This document shows positions 1 to 8,924 of a stretch of DNA of 64,000 nt, in pieces. The notes below the pieces were generated by a model. It made no database searches and was not told where the DNA came from. It saw nothing but the letters and a program-made list of their open reading frames with translations. Position 1 is the stretch's first letter, and each line of letters starts with the position of its first letter. The position numbers and the translations under genes are program-made. The DNA is from a bacterium (lineage in GTDB: Bacteria; Sumerlaeota; Sumerlaeia; SLMS01; JAHLLQ01): positions 11,677 to 75,676 of the forward strand of contig JAHLLQ010000010.1 of the NCBI GenBank assembly GCA_020444065.1. Direction: 5' to 3'.

Positions 1-90
1 ATCAGCCGCGGGGTGGGAACGAGCGCTTTGTACTTCCGCTGGAACTGCCGGCCGGAGATTGTGCTGGCGACGTTGCACGTGCCGAGGTAG
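1..90 (+). CDS. 3' end of a metallophosphoesterase (YkuE/YaeI-like), partial
   Basis: Frame 1 reads ISRGVGTSALYFRWNCRPEIVLATLHVPR*, matching the typical xSRGxG-x-R-x-NCxPEI C-terminus of this family. Not in the ORF track. Confidence 0.7.
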   Translation: MSRGVGTSALYFRWNCRPEIVLATLHVPR

Positions 91-266
91 GGGGGCTGGA
101 CTTTCCTTGGGCAAGGAGTAGGGACATTGTTACGTTGAGAGATTCTGAAGCCTGTCGAAGCCCCTCTCGCAAACGTCTTTTAGGGCTTGAAGCTCCTCGG
201 CGGCAGAAGCGATTGTTGAATTGTGGATGTACCATGAGACGCAATTATGACTGGGATGTTTGTGCG

Positions 267-1175
267 ATGCTGGTTGACCAGTCACAAGGCATTGACAAGA
301 CACGGCTTGCAGCGATTTCCGCGCTATTCAGCGCGGGAGTTTTGCGCAGATTGATGCAGCCCAGCCCAAATGAAGGCCTTTGTCGGCTCGTCCAGCAATC
401 AGGCCTTTCCTCAGCGCTTGGACCCGATGCGCCTCTGGCCGATTTCCTCGAGGCGGCTCATAGAGTTCTTGAGAGGCCCGCCTATCGAAATGAATACACC
501 TACAAATCCGCTATCACACAGAAGCTGCTTCTGGGTCGCCACTCCTTGAAAACGGCTACTCTGTTGAGCGAGTTTCGAGTCCGAAATTCCGTGGCAGACC
601 TAGTAATATTGAATGGTACATCGACGGTCTACGAGATAAAATCTGAACGTGATTCCTTAGACAGATTGTCGGGACAGTTGAGAGATTACCAGGAGGTCTT
701 CGCCAACACCTACGTTGTCACCGGCCCCTCACGAAGAAATCAAGTGTTGGAATTGCTCCCCTGTGGCGTCGGACTCCTAATACTCACTGAAAGAGGCACC
801 CTCTCACGAGCGCGCGCTGCGATCTGCGGAGCAGCCAGCATCAATCCAAGGACTATCTTCGATTCCATCCGAACGCAAGAAGCAATGGAAGTGCTTCGAA
901 TGTGCGGGAGGCCGGTGCCTGATTTGCCAAATACGAGAATACGATCGGCGCTTGCAGAGGCCTTTACGGACATAGAGCCTATCGAATTGCATCGGGCTGT
1001 TGTTTCCGTTATGCGCAAGACGCGAAGTTCGGAGTCTCTGAGAGAGGTCCTCTCCCGCCTGCCTCGTTCCTTACATGCTTTCGCGCTTTCCGTGAGAATG
1101 CGTAGACAGGACAAGACGCGGCTACTCCAGGCAATGAAATTGCCGCTGAAGGAATATCTGAAGAGGAGACTGTAA
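267..1175 (+). CDS. sce7726-family protein, PD-(D/E)XK-like nuclease fold
   Basis: YRNEYTYKSAI, SEFRV, ADLVILNG and YEIKSERD.LDRL..QL..Y motifs. Start set at ATG 267 (ATG 234 is an alternative). The stop overlaps the next ATG (TAATG). Confidence 0.8.
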   Translation: MLVDQSQGIDKTRLAAISALFSAGVLRRLMQPSPNEGLCRLVQQSGLSSALGPDAPLADFLEAAHRVLERPAYRNEYTYKSAITQKLLLGRHSLKTATLLSEFRVRNSVADLVILNGTSTVYEIKSERDSLDRLSGQLRDYQEVFANTYVVTGPSRRNQVLELLPCGVGLLILTERGTLSRARAAICGAASINPRTIFDSIRTQEAMEVLRMCGRPVPDLPNTRIRSALAEAFTDIEPIELHRAVVSVMRKTRSSESLREVLSRLPRSLHAFALSVRMRRQDKTRLLQAMKLPLKEYLKRRL

Positions 1176-2140
1176 TGGGTATCTACTACCCGTACTACCG
1201 AGGGAAGCAGTTCGAACTGAGCTCAATCCGCGAATGCGCCGAGATTATGGCCACCTGTGGATTCGTTCCCATTATCGAGCCCGTACGAGAATCCACCAGG
1301 GCGCTAGAGCGGACACTGCGAGCCGTTGCCGATTTTGGGGGACAAGCGATCGTTATCTTGAATCCAGTGCATGGGGAGCGAATGGATGATCAGGAATCCA
1401 CTCTTCGCCTCCTGCGTTCAATAGATACCAGAAGCGGTGGACTCGTGGTTTGTGGATTCCTGCTCACTGGCGACACGGCACTGGATCACATAGAGGAACT
1501 CGTTCGATCTGCACGTGATTTGCCAATCGCGTTTATTCACTATGGTTTTGGGTCTCCCATGGAGTTGTCAGGACTAATAAACAGAATCGCACCAGGCTCT
1601 ATTCAGATCTTCGAGGATCAGCATTGTGGAATGCTGTATCGGAGACATTTCCGAGACAAGGAAATCAGAGTTCTTCTGCATGATGGCTTCGTGAGGCGCC
1701 AGCGAAATAGCGATTATCCTCCAAGAGACTTCTTTTCAGAACTGCATCTTACATATCCCGACCAAGGAGCCACGGGCTTTGGGGACTTCTTGATCGTCGG
1801 AGATGAATACTCGGATGGCGGCGGGCCAGCCTATGCGGTGACAATTCACATTTCATACATTGACCGGACTCAGGAAGACCAGATGTATGTATCCCACTTC
1901 ATGTCTCATCGTCGGGATGACCCGACAGATCCGGCAGGGAAATTCGCCGAGGCCTTGCATGAGTTGATGTCTGAATTGGATAGACCCAATTGCCAAATCT
2001 ACGACACAGAAGCCATGAGAGAATTTCGAGACCTACACACAAGGGGCCACTTCCCCGGACTTGGTTATGTCAAGAAGCTCTCAATGAACCACCATGTCCA
2101 GACACTTGCCGGATTCTTTAGAGGGGGCACCACGCGATGA
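1175..2140 (+). CDS. sce7725-family protein
   Basis: YYPYYRGKQFEL, PIIEPV, DGF...RNSDYP...FFS, GFGDFLIVGDEYSDGGGPAYAVTIH and FPGLGYVKKLSMNHH motifs. Coupled to both neighbours. Confidence 0.8.
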   Translation: MGIYYPYYRGKQFELSSIRECAEIMATCGFVPIIEPVRESTRALERTLRAVADFGGQAIVILNPVHGERMDDQESTLRLLRSIDTRSGGLVVCGFLLTGDTALDHIEELVRSARDLPIAFIHYGFGSPMELSGLINRIAPGSIQIFEDQHCGMLYRRHFRDKEIRVLLHDGFVRRQRNSDYPPRDFFSELHLTYPDQGATGFGDFLIVGDEYSDGGGPAYAVTIHISYIDRTQEDQMYVSHFMSHRRDDPTDPAGKFAEALHELMSELDRPNCQIYDTEAMREFRDLHTRGHFPGLGYVKKLSMNHHVQTLAGFFRGGTTR

Positions 2141-3168
2141 AGTGCTGCCCAAATTGCATCGGGGACACTTGGATTGAGGAGGAGATGTCGTACATCTGGT
2201 CGGAGCAAATGGACAAATGCGACTACTGCGATAGAGAGAATGTCCGGGTTTTTGATCCCATTCTGATGCGGAATTGCTTTGAGTTGGTTCTTTCGGCCTA
2301 CCGGAAAGACAATGGCGGAAGACCGATTCTCGAACTGCTCATGGATGACTGGGCTCTGTTTCCCCAACTCCCACCCGATAGAGCGACGGCATTGCTCACC
2401 GAAGTCCTGGATGATCAAGCGATTGGGGTTGATACGTACATACCGCGGGATTCGTTCTCATCGAATAAGATTGAGGCGTGGGAAGAATTGAAGGTCGAAC
2501 TCAAACATAGAAATCGCTTCTTTCCAGCCTCTCGTATGGACCACGATAGGCTCCGGAATTTACTAGACTTTCTAATTCTGCAAGACAGTCATCCGTCACG
2601 AACATGGTTTCGCGCGCGGCTGCAGGCTGGTACTGCTGCCTACTCCGAGTCAGAGATGGGTGCACCACCAGAGGATACAGCATCGCATGGCCGTGCCAAT
2701 CCGGCGGGAATTCCATACCTTTATCTGGCTTCAGAACCCGAGACTGCGCTTTCTGAGATTCGTCCCCATGTGGGAGACTTGGCAACGGTTGCCAATGTGG
2801 CACTGAGAAAGAGACTCAAGATAGTCGATCTTCGTCATCCTCGGAAGACGGTTTCTCCACTCTCGGTGACAGATGAATCGGAGGTCGCGCAGTTGAGAGT
2901 GGATATCGGCTTTTTGGAGAAACTCGGAGAGGAATTATCACGGCCTGTCCTCCCGAATGTGGCTGCTATCGACTACATTCCTACGCAGTATCTCTGCGAG
3001 TTGATCAAGACGTTCCATTTCGATGGCGTGATGTATGCCAGTTCTGTTGGAGAAGGTGACAACTTAGCCCTTTTTGAGCCTGAAGCTGCTGTCTCGGAGA
3101 TCAACAATCCAAAGACATACCAAGTAATCCGCGTGTCCGTTGATGCATCGCCAGTCTCATCTTTGTAG
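2137..3168 (+). CDS. RES-domain protein with Cys-rich N-terminal domain
   Basis: WFRAR (R), GRANPAGIPYLYLA, ALSEIR (E), YIPTQY and FDGVMYASS (S). N-terminal CCPNC and CDYC. ATGA overlap with the upstream gene. Confidence 0.85.
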   Translation: MKCCPNCIGDTWIEEEMSYIWSEQMDKCDYCDRENVRVFDPILMRNCFELVLSAYRKDNGGRPILELLMDDWALFPQLPPDRATALLTEVLDDQAIGVDTYIPRDSFSSNKIEAWEELKVELKHRNRFFPASRMDHDRLRNLLDFLILQDSHPSRTWFRARLQAGTAAYSESEMGAPPEDTASHGRANPAGIPYLYLASEPETALSEIRPHVGDLATVANVALRKRLKIVDLRHPRKTVSPLSVTDESEVAQLRVDIGFLEKLGEELSRPVLPNVAAIDYIPTQYLCELIKTFHFDGVMYASSVGEGDNLALFEPEAAVSEINNPKTYQVIRVSVDASPVSSL

Positions 3169-3260
3169 GGGGACTCCTTCAATAAGGCAGATGACCAGAC
3201 AGGCAGATATGTGCTCCAACATCTATCGGCATCTCCAGTGGCAGTGAATTAATCCAGCTG

Positions 3261-4172
3261 TTACCGGCATGTTCCAGCCGATTCGGACAGATTCTCAATC
3301 AGTCCAATCAATTCCAAAGTTGAACACAGAACTCCAATGGCGGCATCAGGGGGGGCGCCTTGTTTGTCCCATTGTTTGAGGGGGGCGGTTTCGGTGGCGG
3401 TGAGGAGTTGGAGGGCCTCGGCGCGGGTTTCTGGATTTATCATTTCCGGCGGGGCGGTTTCGAGGACCTGGCGCGTGAGGCGGGTGAGGCGGATCATGCG
3501 GTGGAGTGGGAATTTGGTGCGGCGGGTGGCGTTGTCGACGTCGATGCGCATCCAGTCGCCGGCGGGTTGAATGACGATGTTCTCGAGATCGAGGTTGCGT
3601 GTGTAGAAGCCTTCGCGTTCGAGCATGGTGACGGTGCCGAGGACTCGGACGAGTTCGGTGAGGCAGTTGTCGCCGGGGCCGGTTTTGTTAATGACGTTGG
3701 CGAGGCCGGTGCCGGGTAGGAAGGGCATGATCTCAATGACCCAGTCGTGCGATCGGTCGGGGAGCAGTCCGAGCGCAAGGAACGGGCAAAGCGGAAAGTC
3801 GGGATTGGCGGCGCGCTCGCGGTCGATGGCTTTGGCCAGGTCGGTGAGGACTTCGACGCGGTCTTTGGGGTCGCGGAATTGCGCGAGCTTGAGTGCGACT
3901 TTGCCGGTGATATCGGAGTCGGTCTGCCAGGTGATGCCGAGAGCTTTTTTCCAATCGCCGCGGAGTTCGGTTTCGTAGACGGCGCCGACATTGCCGACGG
4001 CGATCATGTTCGGGGCGTGGAGGATGTCGCCGAGTTCGCCAACCATGGCGGTGACTTCGTTTGCGAGGCGACGTTTTTTGGCGCTGCGCGAGTTGTTGTA
4101 ACGCACGGTGGCGTAGGCGGCCCCGACGAGGATGATAACGACGACGGCGAAGAGCAGCGGAAGGGGTGGCAA
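3261..4172 (-). CDS. Membrane-anchored protein-kinase-like protein with degenerate motifs
   Basis: N-terminal TM helix, IAVGNVGAVY (Gly loop), VALK, IMPFLPG, TRNLDLENI (HRD-loop equivalent) and RIDVD (DFG equivalent). Start uncertain. Confidence 0.55.
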   Translation of the reverse strand: MPPLPLLFAVVVIILVGAAYATVRYNNSRSAKKRRLANEVTAMVGELGDILHAPNMIAVGNVGAVYETELRGDWKKALGITWQTDSDITGKVALKLAQFRDPKDRVEVLTDLAKAIDRERAANPDFPLCPFLALGLLPDRSHDWVIEIMPFLPGTGLANVINKTGPGDNCLTELVRVLGTVTMLEREGFYTRNLDLENIVIQPAGDWMRIDVDNATRRTKFPLHRMIRLTRLTRQVLETAPPEMINPETRAEALQLLTATETAPLKQWDKQGAPPDAAIGVLCSTLELIGLIENLSESAGTCR

Positions 4173-4313
4173 GGCCGGGCTCCGTTTGTTGGAATGGGGT
4201 GAGCATCCACCACGGACCGGAAGGCGCGCAAGCCTTCATGAATGGCGAGGGCCCGCGGGGAGACCAATGGGATCGACATGGGTTTTTGTGGGGGGGGGGG
4301 GAGGGAAAGTTAT

Positions 4314-4351
4314 TAGTGGCTAGTGATTAGTGACTAGTGGCTGGTGGCGAG
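4314..4351 (+). repeat. Heptamer tandem repeat (TAGTGGC/TAGTGAT), about 5 units
   Basis: tagtggc tagtgat tagtgac tagtggc tggtggc gag, preceded by a 12-G run at 4290-4301. Confidence 0.85.
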
Positions 4352-4449
4352 CGCGGGGGAGCTGGGGTTGTACGCTTCTGTTGACGGTCACCGGCGGGGG
4401 GCGGTTCTTTGGGGGCGCTGGATTTGAACTCTTCGCAGGTACGGATTCG

Positions 4450-5487
4450 ATGCGCAAAAACGACAAGCCGATATTGCTCTCCGAGCTGTGTAGCCGGGTG
4501 AATGTTCCGATGCCGGAGGGCCGGCCGGATCGAGAGATTACGGGAATTACGACGTTGGATCTGGCGGGGCCGACGGAGGCCTCGTTTGTGATCCGGAGGA
4601 AGCTGGTGCCGCGGGCGCTGGAGTCGGAGGCGGGGGTGATTCTGGTGCCGCCGAGCCTGCGGATAGATGATGAGCGGGCGGTGACGGTGCCGGAGGTATG
4701 GGCCGGGGTGCTGGTGCTGCTGGAGCATTTCTATCCGGCGCTGCCGCCGGAGGCCGTCGTTCATCCGACGGCGATCGTGCCGGAGTCGACGACGCTGGGC
4801 GACCAGGTGAGCATCGGGCCGTATTGTGTGCTGGAGGAGAACGTGACGATCGGCGCTCGGACGCGGATCGGGGCGTTCAATTCGATCGGCCGCGATGTGT
4901 CGATCGGGGCGGATTGCCGTCTGCACGATCGGGTGACGCTGGCGATCGATACGCAAGTCGGCGATCGGGTGATTTTGCATTCGGGCGTAGTGATCGGCGC
5001 TGATGGCTTCAAGTACGAGGTGATCGGCGGCCGGTTGCTGAAGGTGCCGCAGGTCGGTAACGTGGTTATCGAGGATGATGTGGAGATCGGGGCGAACTCG
5101 ACGGTGGATCGGGCGAGTTTTGCGACAACGCGGATCGGCGCCCGGACGAAGATCGACAACATGGCTCACATCGGTCACAATGTGGAGGTCGGGTCGGATT
5201 GCCTGATCGTGGCGCAGGTTGGCGTGGGCGGTTCGTCGAAGATCGGTCGCGGCGTGATCATTGGCGGACACGCGGGGATCGCTGACAATACGGAGATCGG
5301 CGACGGTTCGAAGATCGCGGCGATGGCGGGGCTTCACGGCAAGATCCCACCGCGGTCGGTTCTGGCGGGTGCGCCAGCGATGGACGCGAATGTGTGGCGG
5401 AAGATGGCAGCGATTAATCGCAAGTTGCCGGAGGTGTGGCCGAAGCTGCGTCGCATCGCGGACGATCTGAACGAAAACCACGACTAG
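4450..5487 (+). CDS. lpxD: UDP-3-O-(3-hydroxymyristoyl)glucosamine N-acyltransferase
   Basis: Hexapeptide repeats, GADGFKY, KVPQVGNVVIEDDVEIGANSTVDRA and TKIDNMAHIGHNV. Start moved to ATG 4450. Confidence 0.95.
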   Translation: MRKNDKPILLSELCSRVNVPMPEGRPDREITGITTLDLAGPTEASFVIRRKLVPRALESEAGVILVPPSLRIDDERAVTVPEVWAGVLVLLEHFYPALPPEAVVHPTAIVPESTTLGDQVSIGPYCVLEENVTIGARTRIGAFNSIGRDVSIGADCRLHDRVTLAIDTQVGDRVILHSGVVIGADGFKYEVIGGRLLKVPQVGNVVIEDDVEIGANSTVDRASFATTRIGARTKIDNMAHIGHNVEVGSDCLIVAQVGVGGSSKIGRGVIIGGHAGIADNTEIGDGSKIAAMAGLHGKIPPRSVLAGAPAMDANVWRKMAAINRKLPEVWPKLRRIADDLNENHD

Positions 5488-5494
5488 AGGCTGT

Positions 5495-5920
5495 ATGGAA
5501 GACTTTGTCGCGATTACGACGGGGACGCTGAGTCTGGATGCGGTGGTGGAAGCCATCGGGCACCAGGCGCTGGCGGAGGCTCCGCCTGGCTCGGACCGGG
5601 AGGCGGGTGCGCTGGTGACGTTTTCGGGCATCGTGCGCGAGACCGAAGGCGATCGGAAGATTCCAAGCCTGCAGTATGAGCACTATCCGCGCATGGCAGA
5701 GAAGGAAATGGGCCGTTTGGTGGAACGCGCGCGCGAGAAGTGGGAGCTGCGTCGCGTGGCGATGGTTCATCGCGTGGGAGAGGTCCCGGTGGGCGAGTCG
5801 TCGATTGTTGTGGCGGTGAGCGCCGGCCATCGTCCGGAAGCGTTCGAGGCTGCACGGTTCCTGATCGATGAGTTGAAGAAGAGTGTGCCGATTTGGAAGA
5901 AAGCACTGGCGAGTGATTAG
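5495..5920 (+). CDS. moaE: Molybdopterin synthase catalytic subunit
   Basis: GALVTFSGIVR, LQYEHYPRMA, HRVG, SAGHR..AF and DELKKSVPIWKK. Confidence 0.93.
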   Translation: MEDFVAITTGTLSLDAVVEAIGHQALAEAPPGSDREAGALVTFSGIVRETEGDRKIPSLQYEHYPRMAEKEMGRLVERAREKWELRRVAMVHRVGEVPVGESSIVVAVSAGHRPEAFEAARFLIDELKKSVPIWKKALASD

Positions 5921-5935
5921 TGGCTAGTGGCGAGT
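5905..5935 (+). repeat. Heptamer tandem repeat overlapping the moaE stop
   Basis: actggc gagtgat tagtggc tagtggc gagt. Confidence 0.8.
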
Positions 5936-5966
5936 AAGAGCAGAAGAGTGCTGGTGGTGTTCTCTG

Positions 5967-6599
5967 ATGATTCGTTGGGTTTACGGTGTTCTGGTGGCTG
6001 GGCTGCTGGCGGGGTGTGGTCCGCTGGTGAGCGATCCGGATGCGCTTCCGGAGCGGTCGGGGCCGCCTGTGGTGGGGGTGGATGCGCGGAATTTGCGGAC
6101 GGAGTTGCGACGCACGCCGGTGGCGGTGGGCGATGAGGTTCCGTTTCTTATACTAACGGATCAGCTTGGAAATGATGTGTCGACGGTGGAACTGACGACG
6201 AGTCAGGATACGGTGATGATTTTCCTACCGCCGATGGATTCGCCGGCAGTGCGTCCGGCGGTGCAGTGGGTTCGCCAGAATCGCGATCTGGTTAAGACGC
6301 GTGGGGCGGAGGTTGTGCTGGTGACACCGACGCCGCCGGAGGTGAACGGGCCGCTGGCGAAGGCAGAGGATTTGCACGTTGCGGTGCTGTCGGATCCGAG
6401 CGGTTGGGGGGCGCGTGCTTTCGGGTTGGCGCATCGCAGTTCGACGTCGGGCGTGAATCGTCCGTGGACGGTGATCGCGGGGCGCGAAGGGCGCGTGTAC
6501 GCGGCGCAATCGGGATTGATGGAGGTGACGGAGGTCATCCAGACGCTGGCCGTTCGCCCGACGGGCGAAGACGGCGGCGTGTTCGACTTGATCAAATGA
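5967..6599 (+). CDS. Lipoprotein with AhpC/TSA (peroxiredoxin-like) fold lacking the catalytic Cys
   Basis: Lipobox LLAGC. VGDEVPFLILTDQLG, VLSDPSGWGARAFG and RPWTVIAGREGRV match the Prx/redoxin pattern. Confidence 0.65.
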   Translation: MIRWVYGVLVAGLLAGCGPLVSDPDALPERSGPPVVGVDARNLRTELRRTPVAVGDEVPFLILTDQLGNDVSTVELTTSQDTVMIFLPPMDSPAVRPAVQWVRQNRDLVKTRGAEVVLVTPTPPEVNGPLAKAEDLHVAVLSDPSGWGARAFGLAHRSSTSGVNRPWTVIAGREGRVYAAQSGLMEVTEVIQTLAVRPTGEDGGVFDLIK

Positions 6600-6615
6600 A
6601 CCCGAGAAACGATCG

Positions 6616-8910
6616 ATGACTGCGACGGGCGACGGGCAGGTCCCGCAAGAGGGATCGGGCGCAGAGTCGACAGCGCGTGTGTCGACGGAAGCGACCGGCC
6701 CGACGGGCAAGCGACGTCGCGGTCCGAGCGGAACGGGTCGGCGCAACTTGTGGGTGACGTTGCTGCTCGGATTGTTTCCCGCGGTGTTCTTGTCTCTTGT
6801 TCCGATTCCAATTCTCGAGCAGGCGGAGTGGGCAACGTATGATGTGCGCCTTCGGCTGCGAGACGCGATTCAACCACAACCGATTTCAGAGAAGCTGGTG
6901 CTTGTCGGGCTAAATGAGAAAGACAGCGCCGACATGGGCGATGAGATTGCGTCGCGCGAGGCGTACATTCGGCTGCTTGGGAACCTGCACGAATGGGGCG
7001 CGGAGATGGTTGTGTTCGATATCTTCTTCGAACGCACAAAGGATCACGACGATATTCTCTCCTGGCGCATGAATGAACTGCCGACGGTGTTGGCTTACCG
7101 GATCGATACGAATTTCGCTCCGGGGCTGCCACCGGGCGAGCCGCCGGAAGAGTTGGCGGAGTTGTTGCCGCTGGCAGAGAAGGGGACGGACGCTGCGGAG
7201 TTGGAGGCTTTGTTTGTCCATTCGCTGGCGGAGTACGAGGGGCAGTTGGCGCAGTATCGTCAGCAGGCGATGCAGTCGGCGGAGCCAATGTCTCCGGAAG
7301 AAGAGGAGGCTCTGGCGTTGCGGCTGACGTGGACGCGCGCGATTCGCCGGTTGCTGGCGGAGCGTTGGATGGAGCTGTCGATCGGGCGTCCGTTTGAGTC
7401 GCAGCCGGGTGCGAATCCGATTGAGGCCGCGTCGCCGATCATGGTGTCGCCGACATTGCTGACGACGCCAAACGGAATGGGCATCGCAAATATCGAGAAG
7501 AGCGAAGGCGCCGTGGTGCGTTCGATTCCGCTCGTGTTCGCGTTCCGCAATATGTTGTACCCGAATCTGGATCTGGCGGCGTTGTGCGAGCATTACGGTA
7601 CCCGGTTTCGCGATGTGGAGATCGATTGGGGCGAGGCGATTACGATTCATCCGACGCGCAACGCAGAAGAGCCGGTGCGGATCCCGATCGATGATCGCGG
7701 ATATTATCTGGTGAACTACCGCCAGGGTGAGGACTTTCTGCAGCGGCCATCGAACCCGAGTCTGTTGCTGGGGATGGGGTACTTTCCGGAGGAAGCGGCG
7801 AACCGCCACATTCGGGAACGGATGAAGAACGCGATTGTCTTCGTTGGCGAGTTGGTTGCCGGTGGGCGCGAGACGGACGTGGAGCCGATTCCGTTGCAGC
7901 CGGCGTTTCCGATGGTGGGTGTGCACGTGAATGTCGTGGACAATGTGCTGCGCGGAGATTACGTGCGGCGAACGCCGGTGTGGTTCGACTGGTTGTTACT
8001 GATGGTTCTGGGTGCGGGGGCAGGCGTGTTGTTCTTCCGTTCGCCATTCCGTGTGGCGGTGCGCGTGACAGTATTGGGCGTTGTGTTCTACCTTGCGGCG
8101 GCGGTGCTTCTGTTCGGTACGGCCGGGTGGGTTCTGCCGATTGCACGTCCCGTGTTGGCAGCAATGTTCTGGACGGTTTTCCTGTTCGCTTACATCGTCG
8201 GTGTGGCGGAACGAGATCGTCGGTTGGTGCGCGACGTGTTCCTGCGGTCGGTTTCGCCGCGCATCGGCGAGGAAATCCTGAAGAACTACGACAACGAGGC
8301 GATCTGGGGCTCGAATCGAGAGCTGACGGTCTTGTTTGTCGATATTCGTGGCTACACGACGTTGAGCGAGCGGCACGATCCGGAGGTTGTGCTGGGGATT
8401 CTCGACGGGTTTTACGACACGGTATCGGAAATTGTCTTTCGCCACGAGGGCCAAGTGAACAAGTTCATAGGCGACGCGGTGATGGCGCTGTTCGGAGCGA
8501 TTCCCGAGGAACCGCCGAATCACGCAGAGCGGGCTTTGCGCGCGGCGATCGAGATTCAGAAGGCAATGAGCGCGTTCGGCGAGAGGGATGATTTGCGGGC
8601 GCAAGGAATCGAGTTGGCGACGGGCGCCGGCATCAATACGGGGGAAGCGGTTGCGGGTCTGGTCGGTCGGCGCAAGATTCGCATCGAGTTCACAGCAATC
8701 GGCGACGTTGTGAATCTGTCTTCCCGGTTGCAGGGACTTGCCACGACGAACGAGATCGTTGCGGGCTCGCAAACAATGGAGATTCTGGGCGGGCCGGATG
8801 CGGCGATTTTTGGCGATCTGAATTGCCAGGTTGAACAGACTGAAGGCGTATACGTGAAGGGGAAGTCGGAAGAGCAGGTTGTGTATAAGATTCGAGTGAT
8901 GAGTTCCTGA
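6616..8910 (+). CDS. CHASE2-domain class III adenylate cyclase
   Basis: EWATYDVRLR, VVFDIFF, MVGVHVNVVDNVL, three TM helices, then VLFVDIRGYT, KFIGDAVMALFG and FTAIGDVVNLSSRLQ. Confidence 0.92.
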   Translation: MTATGDGQVPQEGSGAESTARVSTEATGPTGKRRRGPSGTGRRNLWVTLLLGLFPAVFLSLVPIPILEQAEWATYDVRLRLRDAIQPQPISEKLVLVGLNEKDSADMGDEIASREAYIRLLGNLHEWGAEMVVFDIFFERTKDHDDILSWRMNELPTVLAYRIDTNFAPGLPPGEPPEELAELLPLAEKGTDAAELEALFVHSLAEYEGQLAQYRQQAMQSAEPMSPEEEEALALRLTWTRAIRRLLAERWMELSIGRPFESQPGANPIEAASPIMVSPTLLTTPNGMGIANIEKSEGAVVRSIPLVFAFRNMLYPNLDLAALCEHYGTRFRDVEIDWGEAITIHPTRNAEEPVRIPIDDRGYYLVNYRQGEDFLQRPSNPSLLLGMGYFPEEAANRHIRERMKNAIVFVGELVAGGRETDVEPIPLQPAFPMVGVHVNVVDNVLRGDYVRRTPVWFDWLLLMVLGAGAGVLFFRSPFRVAVRVTVLGVVFYLAAAVLLFGTAGWVLPIARPVLAAMFWTVFLFAYIVGVAERDRRLVRDVFLRSVSPRIGEEILKNYDNEAIWGSNRELTVLFVDIRGYTTLSERHDPEVVLGILDGFYDTVSEIVFRHEGQVNKFIGDAVMALFGAIPEEPPNHAERALRAAIEIQKAMSAFGERDDLRAQGIELATGAGINTGEAVAGLVGRRKIRIEFTAIGDVVNLSSRLQGLATTNEIVAGSQTMEILGGPDAAIFGDLNCQVEQTEGVYVKGKSEEQVVYKIRVMSS

Positions 8911-8924
8911 AAGGACCAATTCCG

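Larger units (their letters stand above)
91..3340. mobile_element. Low-GC accessory insert carrying three coupled genes; no mobility gene seen
   Basis: GC is visibly lower than in the flanks and the G-rich host codon style is lost. Boundaries estimated by eye. Confidence 0.55.

Noticed and set aside
91..3340. Prophage or IS origin for the low-GC insert
   Set aside because: No integrase, transposase, terminal inverted repeats or flanking direct repeats were found by eye.
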